Positions 11,901-22,200 of a DNA stretch of 64,000 bases are shown one piece after another (the first letter of the stretch is position 1; each line of letters opens with the position of its first letter). A program made the translations under genes and the position numbers. The notes beneath the pieces were generated by a model, which had not been told where the DNA came from, did no database searches, and saw only the letters and a program-made list of their open reading frames with translations. Origin of the DNA: Antedon mediterranea (lineage: Eukaryota > Animalia > Echinodermata); assembly GCF_964355755.1 (NCBI RefSeq), contig NC_092679.1:10399432-10463431 (forward strand), given 5' to 3'.

Positions 11901-12366
11901 TCATACTTTATTGCAGTAAATATAAACGGTACTGCAGTAACTGCAGTAGAATAATTTTGAATAAGTACGTAGGGTCTAATTTATTAATTAAGACTCGCTT
12001 ATTAGAGTAGGCAGGCCTACTCTAGTCTAGGTTTCTAGTTCCAGGCCTCTTAGTAGGGATAGATAGGGGCTATGCCAAGCCTACATCATATATAGGCCTA
12101 GGCCTAGCTAGTACCCAAGCTACGCGTAGCCTAGGTAGCCTAGGCCTCCTAGGCCTACTAGGCTAGGCTAGGCATAGCCCTGCTGGGCTAGGCTAGGCCT
12201 AATATTAAATAATTATATTTCATTATTTGGGACCATTTTAATTCAAGGCAAAATTAATATTATATAATTAAATTATACATACTCTTTTTTGTAACCGTTT
12301 TAAGGAGACACGTAGATATTTCTTCCTTAATTTTACTGCCTGTGACTGTGACTTTTTTTTTGCCAT
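1948..12366 (-). CDS. 19-exon multidomain gene: NRF1/Ewg-like DNA-binding region, acidic repeat, vertnin-like OTU protease, PHD finger, Ulp1/SENP-like peptidase (3' end interrupted by LINE)
   Basis: Exons (minus): 12283-12366, 11095-11164, 9149-9238, 8895-9038, 8190-8273, 7570-7643, 7341-7394, 7016-7069, 6686-6739, 6361-6414, 5884-5919, 5488-5627, 5127-5310, 4563-4749, 3413-3604, 3016-3292 (alternative in-frame acceptor at 3265), 2778-2915, 2187-2345, 1948-2002. All GT-AG, phase-compatible, no internal stop; begins MAKKKSQSQAVKLRKKYLRVSLKRLQKR. Confidence 0.8.
3016..3292 (-). CDS. Exon 16 of the minus-strand gene: PHD-type zinc finger
   Basis: CVAKKLGLC...EMICCGKCQAWYHCVCAGV...FVCC; donor GA|gtaggt precedes the apparent TAG and joins in frame to exon 2778-2915. 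Confidence 0.8.
3413..5627 (-). CDS. Exons 12-15 of the minus-strand gene: vertnin-like OTU cysteine protease domain
   Basis: Cys motif SRGDGNCLYHSISRILFG (exon 5127-5310), AELFCLAKNFAYSGMLQVQFIS, and His motif IGILW...INHVVPLL (exon 3413-3604). Confidence 0.8.
4041..4288 (-). mobile_element. tRNA-derived SINE
   Basis: Minus strand A box TAGCTGAGTGG, B box GGTTCAATTCC, non-tRNA body, TTACCTT-type tail; flanked by direct repeat TTTTATGGAA (4031-4040, 4289-4298). Confidence 0.8.
6060..6134. repeat. Short foldback palindrome (likely MITE remnant)
   Basis: TTTGCGGTAGCACCACGTATTAGTTCAATTAA and its exact reverse complement around a short spacer. Confidence 0.7.
6165..7476. repeat. Tandem array of four 325-330 bp units, each holding one 54-nt coding exon
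   Basis: Near-identical units; exons at 7341-7394, 7016-7069, 6686-6739, 6361-6414 (minus) encode HKEDIKEDLETENDEDEE, HKEEVNEDLETEYDEDEE, HKEEVNEDLETENDEDEE, HKEEVNEDVETENDEDEE, each with tag acceptor and gtaaac donor. Confidence 0.9.
7570..12366 (-). CDS. Exons 1-6 of the minus-strand gene: NRF1/Ewg-like DNA-binding region
   Basis: Spliced product ...LQFSGSNEICDVFQKVRSSIEVGVHNALL...LSVMRLRGIVVRLVTEIGESVYLANNKPDWWPENIKFISP...LTKRDLIRIVDSYK parallels the NRF1 domain order (KVFG..LENVV, QLRAFI, KPIWWPEDIPW, ALRTIVKNCY). Similarity judged by eye. Confidence 0.65.
8469..8514 (-). ncRNA. Minimal type I hammerhead ribozyme, copy 1
   Basis: Minus: TCTGCA CTGATGA GACC-CGAAA-GGTC GAAAC GGTACC GTC TGCAGA = stem I, CUGAUGA core, stem II, GAAA, short palindromic stem III, GUC cleavage triplet, stem I partner. 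Confidence 0.88.
8586..8631 (-). ncRNA. Minimal type I hammerhead ribozyme, copy 2
   Basis: Minus: TCTGCA CTGATGA GACC-TGAAA-GGTC GAAAC GGTACC GTC TGCAGA, 117 bp from copy 1. Confidence 0.88.
9618..10243. mobile_element. Kolobok-type non-autonomous element (626 bp), copy 1
   Basis: TTAA|AGCCCCATTCCCT...AGGGAAGGGGTCT|TTAA; near-identical inverted copy at 19015-19640. Confidence 0.8.
10290..10745 (-). mobile_element. 3' fragment of a CR1/Jockey-group LINE
   Basis: Minus translation RLQRVQNKFCRF...LLKDRRNILDLIFLYKCMN, then (frameshifted) LRNPGLFFVP...RLPRLFN...IDIF. Confidence 0.65.
11685..11784 (+). mobile_element. Tiny 3' end of a CR1-like LINE with (TAAGT)n tail
   Basis: SVNIFRSRIDNYF followed by TAAGTTAAGTTAAGTTAAG. 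Confidence 0.4.
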
Positions 12367-12728
12367 TTTTGTTAATATAACAGATCACACAGGGCCTAGG
12401 AGGAACGCTAAAAAAAGGTTCTGTGTTCCGCTCTCCATCCTCTACTACTCTAAAAGTTTAAACCAATCACAGAATAGACAAAGTAAACCCCCTAAGTTGT
12501 TAAAATTGATAGACTTATAAACTAACAAATCATAAAATGTAATTGTATATTAATTTATATTAATCTAAGCACAGCTGTAATTTATGGTAATATATCTTTA
12601 ATTGCTTTGGTGGCATCTTTTATTTAAAAACAAACCAACAAACACGTAATGAATATCCACCATGAGCATGTTCATGTCTTCATTTTGACGGTCCGAATAT
12701 AGCTCAATACAGACAAGCATATTTTAAA
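12367..12728. promoter_or_regulatory. Putative bidirectional promoter / 5' UTRs between the two divergent ATGs
   Basis: Divergent start codons at 12366 (minus) and 12729 (plus); CCAAT box AACCAATCA near 12461; YY1-like AAAATGGC overlaps both start codons. Confidence 0.55.
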
Positions 12729-13212
12729 ATGGCGGCCCTTTACGGCAGCATGTGTTTGCGACTGAAAACTGTTAAAACAATAAATAATTTTGTGAAACCT
12801 GAACGAATTCGTGTGAATAAATCTTCCAGAAGATACCAAATAAATATGTATCCATATGACGTACAACATACTCAATATATTGCCCAAATTTCAGTGTTTT
12901 CTACTGCTTTAGTGCACAATCTGCACCAAGGGCCAGGCTGCGGCAACAACACTGCTCGCAAACAACAGAAGCAGCAGAATGATACTCATGTATCCCCGAA
13001 GGCGGGGCCGTCATTTGATGGAGCAAAGCCTAGTTCTAGTACACTACCTATTGCAGAATTACTTAAAGAAGCTGAGGAGAATCAAAAGAAGCGCCAACAA
13101 GATGAGGCAAAAACTAAAGGGAAAAGGGGAATGGGAAAAGCTCAAAAGATAGCATTTGGATTTTTTGCAGTTGGAAGTATTGGGGCTGCATTACTCTCGT
13201 TTTATGAACTTG
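12729..13212 (+). CDS. TIMM50: TIMM50 exon 1 (presequence, matrix segment, TM helix)
   Basis: Basic N-terminus, hydrophobic [21 protein letters not shown], donor G|gtaaga in phase 1 matching exon 2. Confidence 0.88.
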
Positions 13213-16200
13213 GTAAGACCTCTACTACGCGGATCTCTACTACTACTACTACTACTACTACCACCTACTAGCCTAGAGTCTAGGCCTAGGTTAGCTAGTA
13301 TTATTAAGGCGAGGCGGCTAGGCTAGCTAGGTAGGCCTAGAACCTAGATGTTTTTGAATTTTTCGTGTATATTAGGCCGGTGTCAGATGAAATCGGTCGC
13401 GTTTGAAATCGGTCGCGATAAAATCAACTTCCGGTATTTTGTATGGCGCGCCGCTAGAACTATACGTTTAATGAAAACGGTCGCGCTATTTTGCATGGGA
13501 CGCACTAGATACATTTTTAATGAAAACACTAATTATGTTTTAGTTAATTTTGAATATAGAATTTCTAATTTTACCTCGATCGTTATTATTTTTTTAGTAC
13601 AGTAAATATAAATATTTATCTCATTATTTATAAATAATTTGTGTTTTCATTTTATCTTACAGGTGTCAATGAATAATTGTAATGTGTTCGTTTAGAAAAT
13701 CGTTTTTAAAAGTGTTATTGAATAAGTTTTTGAAAAGATTAGCATGCCACTGTTTAAAGTTTTTAAAATGTTGAAATAATTCAACTGGATACCAGCTCAA
13801 TGAGGTTTATGCAATAAAGGAAGATGATGTATGACGATGATTTTTAAGTTCGATATCCGCCACTCTTACGTGAGCATGGTTTTAGGATAATACTAATAAA
13901 ATAATATTAGTCCAAGAGCATTATGCACTTGTCAATTGTATGACCCACTATACGACCCCCGGGAGAGGTGCGTCATTTACAAATAATTATTGACGCAGGG
14001 GTGCGTCAAAAAGCCTAGATGGTACGTCACATCAATGAACAAGGTGTGTCAATGTCCGTCACTTTACCACCCACCATATCATAAACAACATGGCCACAGT
14101 GCGTCAAAATGGGTGCGTCATGGTCACCTAAAGGTAAGTCACCTTTTTGACGCACGGGTGCGTCATGGTATTCAAACGTATGACGCACATCTGACAAATG
14201 ACGCACCTCTCCCGGGGGTCGTATAGTGGGTCATGCAATTGACAAGTGCATTAGTTCATAAGTATAGGCATACCCGGACATTTTTGGTAACAAGCTAATT
14301 TTTTCAGGAAAGGTCCAGAACTATGATTGGAACATCATACTAAAAGTCCTGAAAATTCCTCTTTGTGCTCTCCGAGAAATCCAAGATGGCGTCCAAAATG
14401 GCTGCCATTTTAATTAGTCTATAACTTTGTAACCGCTTGTCATAGAGTAATGGTTTTGGTGTCAAATAGTTCACAGTATATACATTCCTATTTGCTCTAA
14501 CAGAAAATTTTGTCAAAAAATGGCCGCTACAACAGTTTCTGGTAGTTTGACCTTTGACCTGGTCTTATCATATTTCGGTAATGGCTTGTCATAGAGAATT
14601 GAGATTAGGCCCAAATTGTTCAGAACTTGCATATTTTTATTTGGTGTAATGAAATATTTTATCCCAAAATGACCGGAAGTGAGGTTATTGACCTCTTATT
14701 GACCTATTCATATATCTTTTACCGTATCTCAAGAAATATTTATCGTATAGCGTTACTTTTGGTGTCAAATTGTTTGGAACATATACATTACTATTTAGTC
14801 TAATACAACAGTTTGCCCTAAAATGCTCGGAAGTAAGTTAAAATATTGAAAATTTAAAAAATCAAAGAGCTGCATAGGCAGAGTATATGAATACTGTAGA
14901 TAAAATCAAACTTTTAACTTTTAAAAAATGCCTTAAAACATGTTTTGGGCATAGCACATCATCAGGTAAAGTGAATTGTTACGAAAAGAAAATCAATAAA
15001 TTACAAAGAACAACTGTCAGTGGCTAATCAAAGTTGGTTAAAGTAAACAAAAGACAATATATATATATATATATATATGGCATATACCATGGCACATATC
15101 CGGATTGTCAAAAACAAATGTCAAAGACCCTTCTGCAATTTTTAGATTAGATTTTTAAACGTGACTTTATAGCTCACGATGTCGGTCGGTAAACACTAAC
15201 TCATATTCATATTTTTTCGTTATTTGGACACAGGATATTAATACTTGGAGGCAAATATAAATGTTTTTAAACATTTTTTAACATTTTCAGCAATTTCGGT
15301 CGGTTGGTCGGTCAGTAAACATTAAACTCATATTCATATTTTTTCGTTATTTTGACAGTCAATATTAATACTTGGAGGCAATTATACATGTTTTTAAAAA
15401 TTCAAAAAATCAACATTTTCAGCAATTTCGGTCGGTAAGTCGGTCGGTAGGTCAGTAAACAATAATTCAAATTTGCGCAAGCGCATGCAGCCATGTATAT
15501 GGCCTTGTTGACTTATTAAAAATAACGCATTTTGAAACATTACTTGTTTTAAATGTTCGTTATATGGTTTATTTATGATAAAAAGAGAATGTACCCATAT
15601 TTAACTGTTCTAAGATGAAAAAAATTATCGCCATACAGTATGCCCTATATAGGATTTATTATATATTGAAAATATGCAAAATCACTGTAACATTGATCAG
15701 CAGCATTCTGTTACAGTCATTCTTCATCTGATGTTGCATCTTCAACATCTTGGTGTTTGTTGCTTTTTTCATATCATTACCATCATGTTCATCTGTATGG
15801 ATGTTGTTTCATGTTTGCCAAAAACAGTTATGACATTAATTTGTTTTCATCTTTAAACAGTTAAAAAGTTAGAGTCTAGGCTTGCCAGTTAGAGAACATC
15901 AAGAGTGCATTCTCTTTTAAAACAAGGAATGACCTGGTTTCATGTTTCAAAATGCATTATTTTTACAAATAAAATGGTCTTTACATTCGTTTTTTGACAA
16001 TCCTGAGTAAATATATGCCATGTACATACTGTAGTGTTTGCCATTTGGGTATTTTCATGTGAAATGTATATGACCTGAAAATTTCATTTTCACAGTATCA
16101 TAACGTCTACCGGTATACATTTCCTAAATTCAGGGAAAATTTTCATTAAAAAATTTTGTTTAGCAATATTGCTAATCAAACTGATTTTTAAGTCGAGAAA

Positions 16201-19200
16201 CATAGTTTTGTATTGTATTTTTTGCTACACAATTTTCAAAATGTGTAGCAATAAGGTTGTTTTGTATAGCTTTTTGCTACGCTACACTGGCGAAAATGTT
16301 CTCTGAAATTACATAAAAGTTATACTTCTATGAACAAAAATAAATATCGTAATTTGTATATAAATAAAATAATAAAAATAATGACGTTATTTCAACAAAG
16401 CACTAATTCGCGTATGTAACGCGAGTTAAAGACAAATAAAGCATTTAAAATGTATTCATGACAATTGACATCTACATGGGTGACATTTTGTAGCAATAAC
16501 ATTTCAACCATAACTAGTATGAGAATTTAAGTTTCCCTGTGTTTTGGTCATGTCCATTTTTTGTAACAAGTGTTATGCTTGGTTCCCACTAGCGACGCAA
16601 CACAAGGACGTAACGCAATGCAAGTGAATTGACCAATCACAAGCGATGGCGTATTCGCTTGTGATTGCTAACTGTCTATAACTTCGCTTGTCATTGGTTA
16701 AAACGCTTGCGTTGCGTTTACGTCCTTGCGTTACGTTCTAGTGGGAACCAAGCTTTACCGATATTCTTTGTTCTATCGCAGCAAAATTTACCCTCAAGGT
16801 TATTGTTCAAAACAACAAAACACTATTCAACTACCCAATAAAATGTAACGCTTGTTGTGGAATAACCCATTTTTTTGTTTAATTAACCAACTTTGATTAG
16901 TAACAATTCACTTTACCTGATGATGTGCTATGCCCAAAACATGTTTTAAGGCATTTTTTTTAAAGTTAAAAGTTTTATTTTATCTACAGTATTCATATAC
17001 TCTGCCTATGCAGCTCTTTGATTTTAAAAATTTTCAATATTTTAACTTACTTCCGAGCATTTTAGGGGAAACTGTTGTATTAGACTAAATAGAAATGTAT
17101 ATGTTTCAAACAATTTGACACCAAAAGTAACGCTATACGATAAATATTTCTTGAGATACGGTAAAAGATATGAATAGGTCAATAAGAGGTCAATAACCTC
17201 ACTTCCGGTCATTTTGGGATAAAATATTTCATTACACCAAATAAAAATATGCATGTTCTGAACAATTTGGGCCTAATCTCAATTCTCTATGACAAGCCGT
17301 TACTGAGATATGATAAGACCAGGTCAAAGGTCAAACTACCAGAAACTGTAGTAACAGTCATTTTTTGATAAAATTTTCTGTTAGAGCAAATAAGAATGTA
17401 TATACTGTGAACTATTTGACACCAAAACCAATACTCTATGACAAGCGGTTACAAAGTTATAGACTAATTAAAATGGCAGCCATTTTGGACGCCATCTTGG
17501 ATTTCTCGGAGAGCACAAGGAGGAATTTTCAGGACTTTTAGTATGATGTTCCAATCATAGTTCTGGACCTTTCCTGCAAAAATTAGCTTGTTACCAGAAA
17601 TGTCCGGGGCAAACCCTAATGCTCTTGGACTATATGCCGTTATAAATCAATCTACCGGGCCTATACAGTAGGACTATGCAGTATGCTGTACAATGATAGG
17701 CCTAGATGTGAGAATAATAATGGATGGATAATAAAGGTGGGCACGATTCTCAAAGAGGTAATCTTGCTTGCACTGATATTTAAACATTTAGATTTACGAA
17801 CGGCGTACTGATGTGAGACACTGAGTGGTACTTAATTATTTACATAAAGTGATTATTATAAATGAAGAAATAAAAGATATTCAAATTAAAAACTATAGTA
17901 TCGCTGACGTATACGTAAATTATATACATCGTTTCACCATGGAACTATGTTTCACAAAAACACGTGCAGGCCTATGTTTCAAACGTATGGTTATTAGTAA
18001 TAGGCCTATACGTCATCTTTACATGGCCATGGACAAACGATCGTACGTGTTTTGTCCATGATTTGACACACTAGTGCGTGTTTTTTTTTTTAAAGGGAAT
18101 CCCCGTCAGCAAAATAACGTGCAGTTAACGTCTGCACGATCATAGAAGGCGCATCCACGATATGGCCTATTTCGGGGTTTATTTATTTTATTTTTATAGT
18201 AATTCGCCTTTTAACGATCCGCATATAATAATCATTTTTACTAGAAACTATTTTAGGCCTAAACATTAGAAATAAAAATATACCGTGCAACAATAATCAT
18301 TATAGGCCTATACTTAATATTATCCTACATAACGTACGGACATAAATAAAATAGAAATTGAAATAAGGTGTTCCAATAGTAAGTTTTTAACGACATGGAT
18401 ATGATATATCTGCCACAGTATGCATAAGTATAAAAATGGATACGCTGGCTTTACGGGCTATACATTGTAACAATTATTGTTTTTAAATAAATTGTTCTCT
18501 TTTACGTAATTGTTTGCATAATATTAATAAAAGACAGACGTATATTCTCTATACAGTATAATATATTAATTACAGTCAGTGGCGTATCCAGGATTTTGAA
18601 GTTGGGGGGGGCCGGGAATTGCCAATTTGCCGACAAAATTGGTGTCATTATCTGTACATACACGACATCTCTGATCAATATGTGTTCTAGGATTCATATT
18701 GTCAGTCATATTGTCTTATATGGGATAACGATGCAAAATTAAAACCAAACCAACATTATCTGTTAGTATGTTGTATTCATATTACAGTAAAGAAAGAATT
18801 AGGAAAATCTGATTGGTAGTTTTTGAAATATAGGGTCTAAAACATCGCCGAAAATGATCGTTTTTAGCCACGAAAGAAGTAAAACCATTTGCGGCCTCAG
18901 TCGACAATTCTATTAACTACGCCATTTTTGGTTAAAATAATTACATATAATTACGTTTTTTAGTAATTTATTTTATATATCACCATTGAAAATATCAATA
19001 AAACATGTTATTAAAGACCCCTTCCCTGCAATTTTGGACGTTTTTTGGAAAATAATACATATATATCACTTTAAAAACATTAAACCATGTCATTCCTTGT
19101 CTTAAATGTACGTTTTATGGTAAATTATGATAAAAAGTGAGAAACAATGCACTACCTAAGTAGCTCGCGGCGATCGACCTCTCGTGGACGGTCTTAGGCC

Positions 19201-22200
19201 TAGCCTAGCTAGGCTTAGTTTTGTAGGCCTAGCTGGTAAACATCGGTAACGTACGAACATCGTACGCTACCTATATACCTAGCCTGACGTTGTATAGTTG
19301 CTGCATTAATTGTCTTTTTATTTTTGCCAGACTCCGTTGATACAAATTGGGGAAAACCCGGTATTTTCGCTGAAAAGTTAGGAGTCTTCCATTTGTTTTG
19401 GCCTCACGATCGATCGAAAAGTGGGCGAATTACAGGTGAAAAACAAAAATATCAATCCGCGCGCAATGCATTTTGGGATTTATAGCGGGCCGCTATAATT
19501 ATTAGAATCGACTTATTTTTCACATTTTTAACCGTTTAAAGACGAAAAAAGTTATCGCAATAGGATCATATAGTATTATTTTTACATTAAATATAGTTTG
19601 TGATCTTAAATTAGATCTAAAAAACGTAGGGAATGGGGCTTTAAATGCTTATAAAATATATAAAGTTGTTTGGAATTCGGACAAATTCATTGCTCTAACT
19701 TTGTGTAGTAACGATCAGAGAGATTCATGGTACACGCGCGAGAGAAAACATTCCGCTGCGGGCAATTCGCATCCACCAATCAAATCAGCTAGAATCCTAA
19801 ATCATTCAACCGTGAGCAATGCCAATCGCGAGAAAGCTCAGCTTTGATTGGCTTACAATGACATCATATCACAAAATGGTGGTTTTGTAGTTGAGCCTCA
19901 CGGAATATTCTGTTCCAAAAATGAAATACATGGATATTTTTTATGGTATATGTGCTTTTTCTTTAAAAATTTTGAATAATAAAGGCCTCATATCGAGAAA
20001 AAAAACCGGGTTTTTGGCACTTATAATAAATATCTTAGACAAAAAAGCACATGGCATGTGGAACTATATAATCTCTTAGCGTAGGAAGACATACAAATCC
20101 CAGGTCATGAGAGGCTCAACTGCATGCAAAAACAAGGTTTTAGGGTAAGGTCAAAGACTTTTGAGTAAACAATCTACCGCGTAAGGCCGTACGTACATGC
20201 TACACATTTTTTACGTGTTTCGTTAGATGTAATGAAAATAAAAAATAGTTGATCTGAAGGGATCAATGATGATATGATATGTTAATAAACAAACACTCAA
20301 AAGAATTATGTTTACAGTTCAATTATTGTCAGAATAAATAGTTTATTTTTTTCCCCGGCACCTTTGTTTGCCGACGGCCGCGATGATGTGCCGACGGAAA
20401 CGAAATCAGGGGGGCCCGGGCCCCCCGGCCCCCCTACTGGATACGCCACTGATTACAGTACATAATAAAATAGAGGTAAATTATTATATGCCTAATAAAA
20501 TATTTTAGTGTCTAGAAATGGCCATTTTGAAAAGACACAGTCCTTCTCCGAGACCTGTGAAATAAAAAAAAAATGATTGATAATAAATATTTATTAACCG
20601 AAATAAAAAATATCCACATAAATAATCTGGTTCCTAAAAAATATCAATTAAATCTAGACTATATAAACGAAGAAAATGTAAATCCCGCTAGCATGCATCT
20701 CGATCACTCCATACAAAATAGCGCGACCGATTTCAAACGTATAGCTCTAGCGGCGCGCCATACAAAATACTGAAAGTTGATTTCATCGCGACCGATTTCA
20801 TCGTAAACCATTAGGCCTAGCCTAGGCCATCAGGTGAAAATTCTAGTGTTCAATCCCGTTCCAATTTCTTAAGACTAAAAAAAATCCTCATGATAATTAT
20901 TTGGCTTTGTTTTGTTTGTTTGTTTGTTTTATCTTTATACTGGGTGACCTCTTCAGTCAAAGACTGATCTCCCAGAGGGCCCAGTTGGTGATCAGTGGCT
21001 GTGATGTACTAATACACCGGGGTAACCCCCTACTCGTCTCGAAAGATGTACTAGGTTCTTTAAAGTGCACACGAGCAAGTTGTGTACACTGGACCTACGG
21101 TTTATAGTCCTTATCCGAGAAGACTCGTTCTACCACCAGAACCATGGAGTGAGTAAGCCTCGAACCCCTGCCGATGTTATGGCTACGTGATTACGGTTCC
21201 ACTGTCTTAACCGCTCGGCCACTCACTCACTTCCGTTTCGCACCTGTCACTTATTTCGACTCAAAATTTGTTAAGTAACTTTATCGTGAGTACCACACCT
21301 TAGAATTAGGCCTCAAAAACACTTTTACGAAGGAGATCACACAAAAAGTACATTGTCGTTTACTTACAGAAACGAATAAATATTGTAAAATTAGCACCCT
21401 GGGATTTACAGTAGGCCTTGTCTTAAAAATGAGTCCAATTTTTTTATTTGAACTCATTTAAACAAACCCAATTTGTGTTTTGTATATACCATTAGAGTTG
21501 AGGGATGGGGAAGAGGATGGGAAGAACAATTTTTAAATATATTCTCTATTAGTCCGGTGGCAGGAGGGGGGAATCACCACCCAAAAGGGGACAAATTGCC
21601 ATCCAACTTTTCTAGACCAGAATTTTCCGTAGATTACGAATATGGAAGGTAATCGATCAGGATAGGAAGCGTTTTCGAGATATAAGGGGTCAAAGTTCAA
21701 AATTGACCAATTACAACAATTTATTATGTATAATTATGTATTATAACAAATTTATTGAAGCACAATTTGGTCTTTTATTACATTTTTATGATTATAGGTA
21801 TCTATTCAATCATCTTATGAAAAAAAATCCTTTGTGATTAAGGGTCAAATGTCAATATTGACCAATCATAGAACGTACCTATAAAACCAAATAAAAACTA
21901 ATATTTAATAAAAATCGGATGTTTTCTCATCCTGTTAATCAATCATACGCAATGTAAAAGAGCGAATACATCATTTCATCAGTTGACATAAGGTCAATTT
22001 CATCAGTTGACATAAGGTCAAAGGTCAACATTTTAATACGCGTATTAGTTAACAAATAAATGCAAAGTTGTTATTGATGGTTTTACAAGTAATCAAATTA
22101 TTGGATTAGTAAAGTTATGTTATTTCATTATAATACTGTATTTAATCAAATCAGACTTCGATCAGGATAGGAAGCGAATAGGAAGAGATAAGGGGTCAAA

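Larger units (their letters stand above)
13908..17632. mobile_element. Academ-type non-autonomous DNA transposon with long TIRs
   Basis: TAGTCCAAGAGCATTA...TAATGCTCTTGGACTA, TSD TAT, inverted arms of roughly 750 bp (about 14270-15040 vs 16880-17610). Confidence 0.8.
13379..20809. mobile_element. Non-autonomous TIR element with 8-bp TSD (Mutator-like?), host of nested insertions
   Basis: Left GGTGTCAGATGAAATCGGTCGCG...TATGGCGCGCCGCTAG is mirrored at 20715-20809; TSD ATTAGGCC at 13371-13378 and 20810-20817. Confidence 0.75.

Noticed and set aside
13213-13271. Poly-Thr C-terminus of the 180-aa ORF 12729-13271
   Set aside because: Readthrough into an intronic (ACT)n tract past the G|gtaaga donor; the protein continues in exon 2.
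16915-16935. Further CTGATGA hammerhead cores (also near 14960, 21980, 22812, 35853)
   Set aside because: No stem II, GAAA or flanking stem I complementarity.
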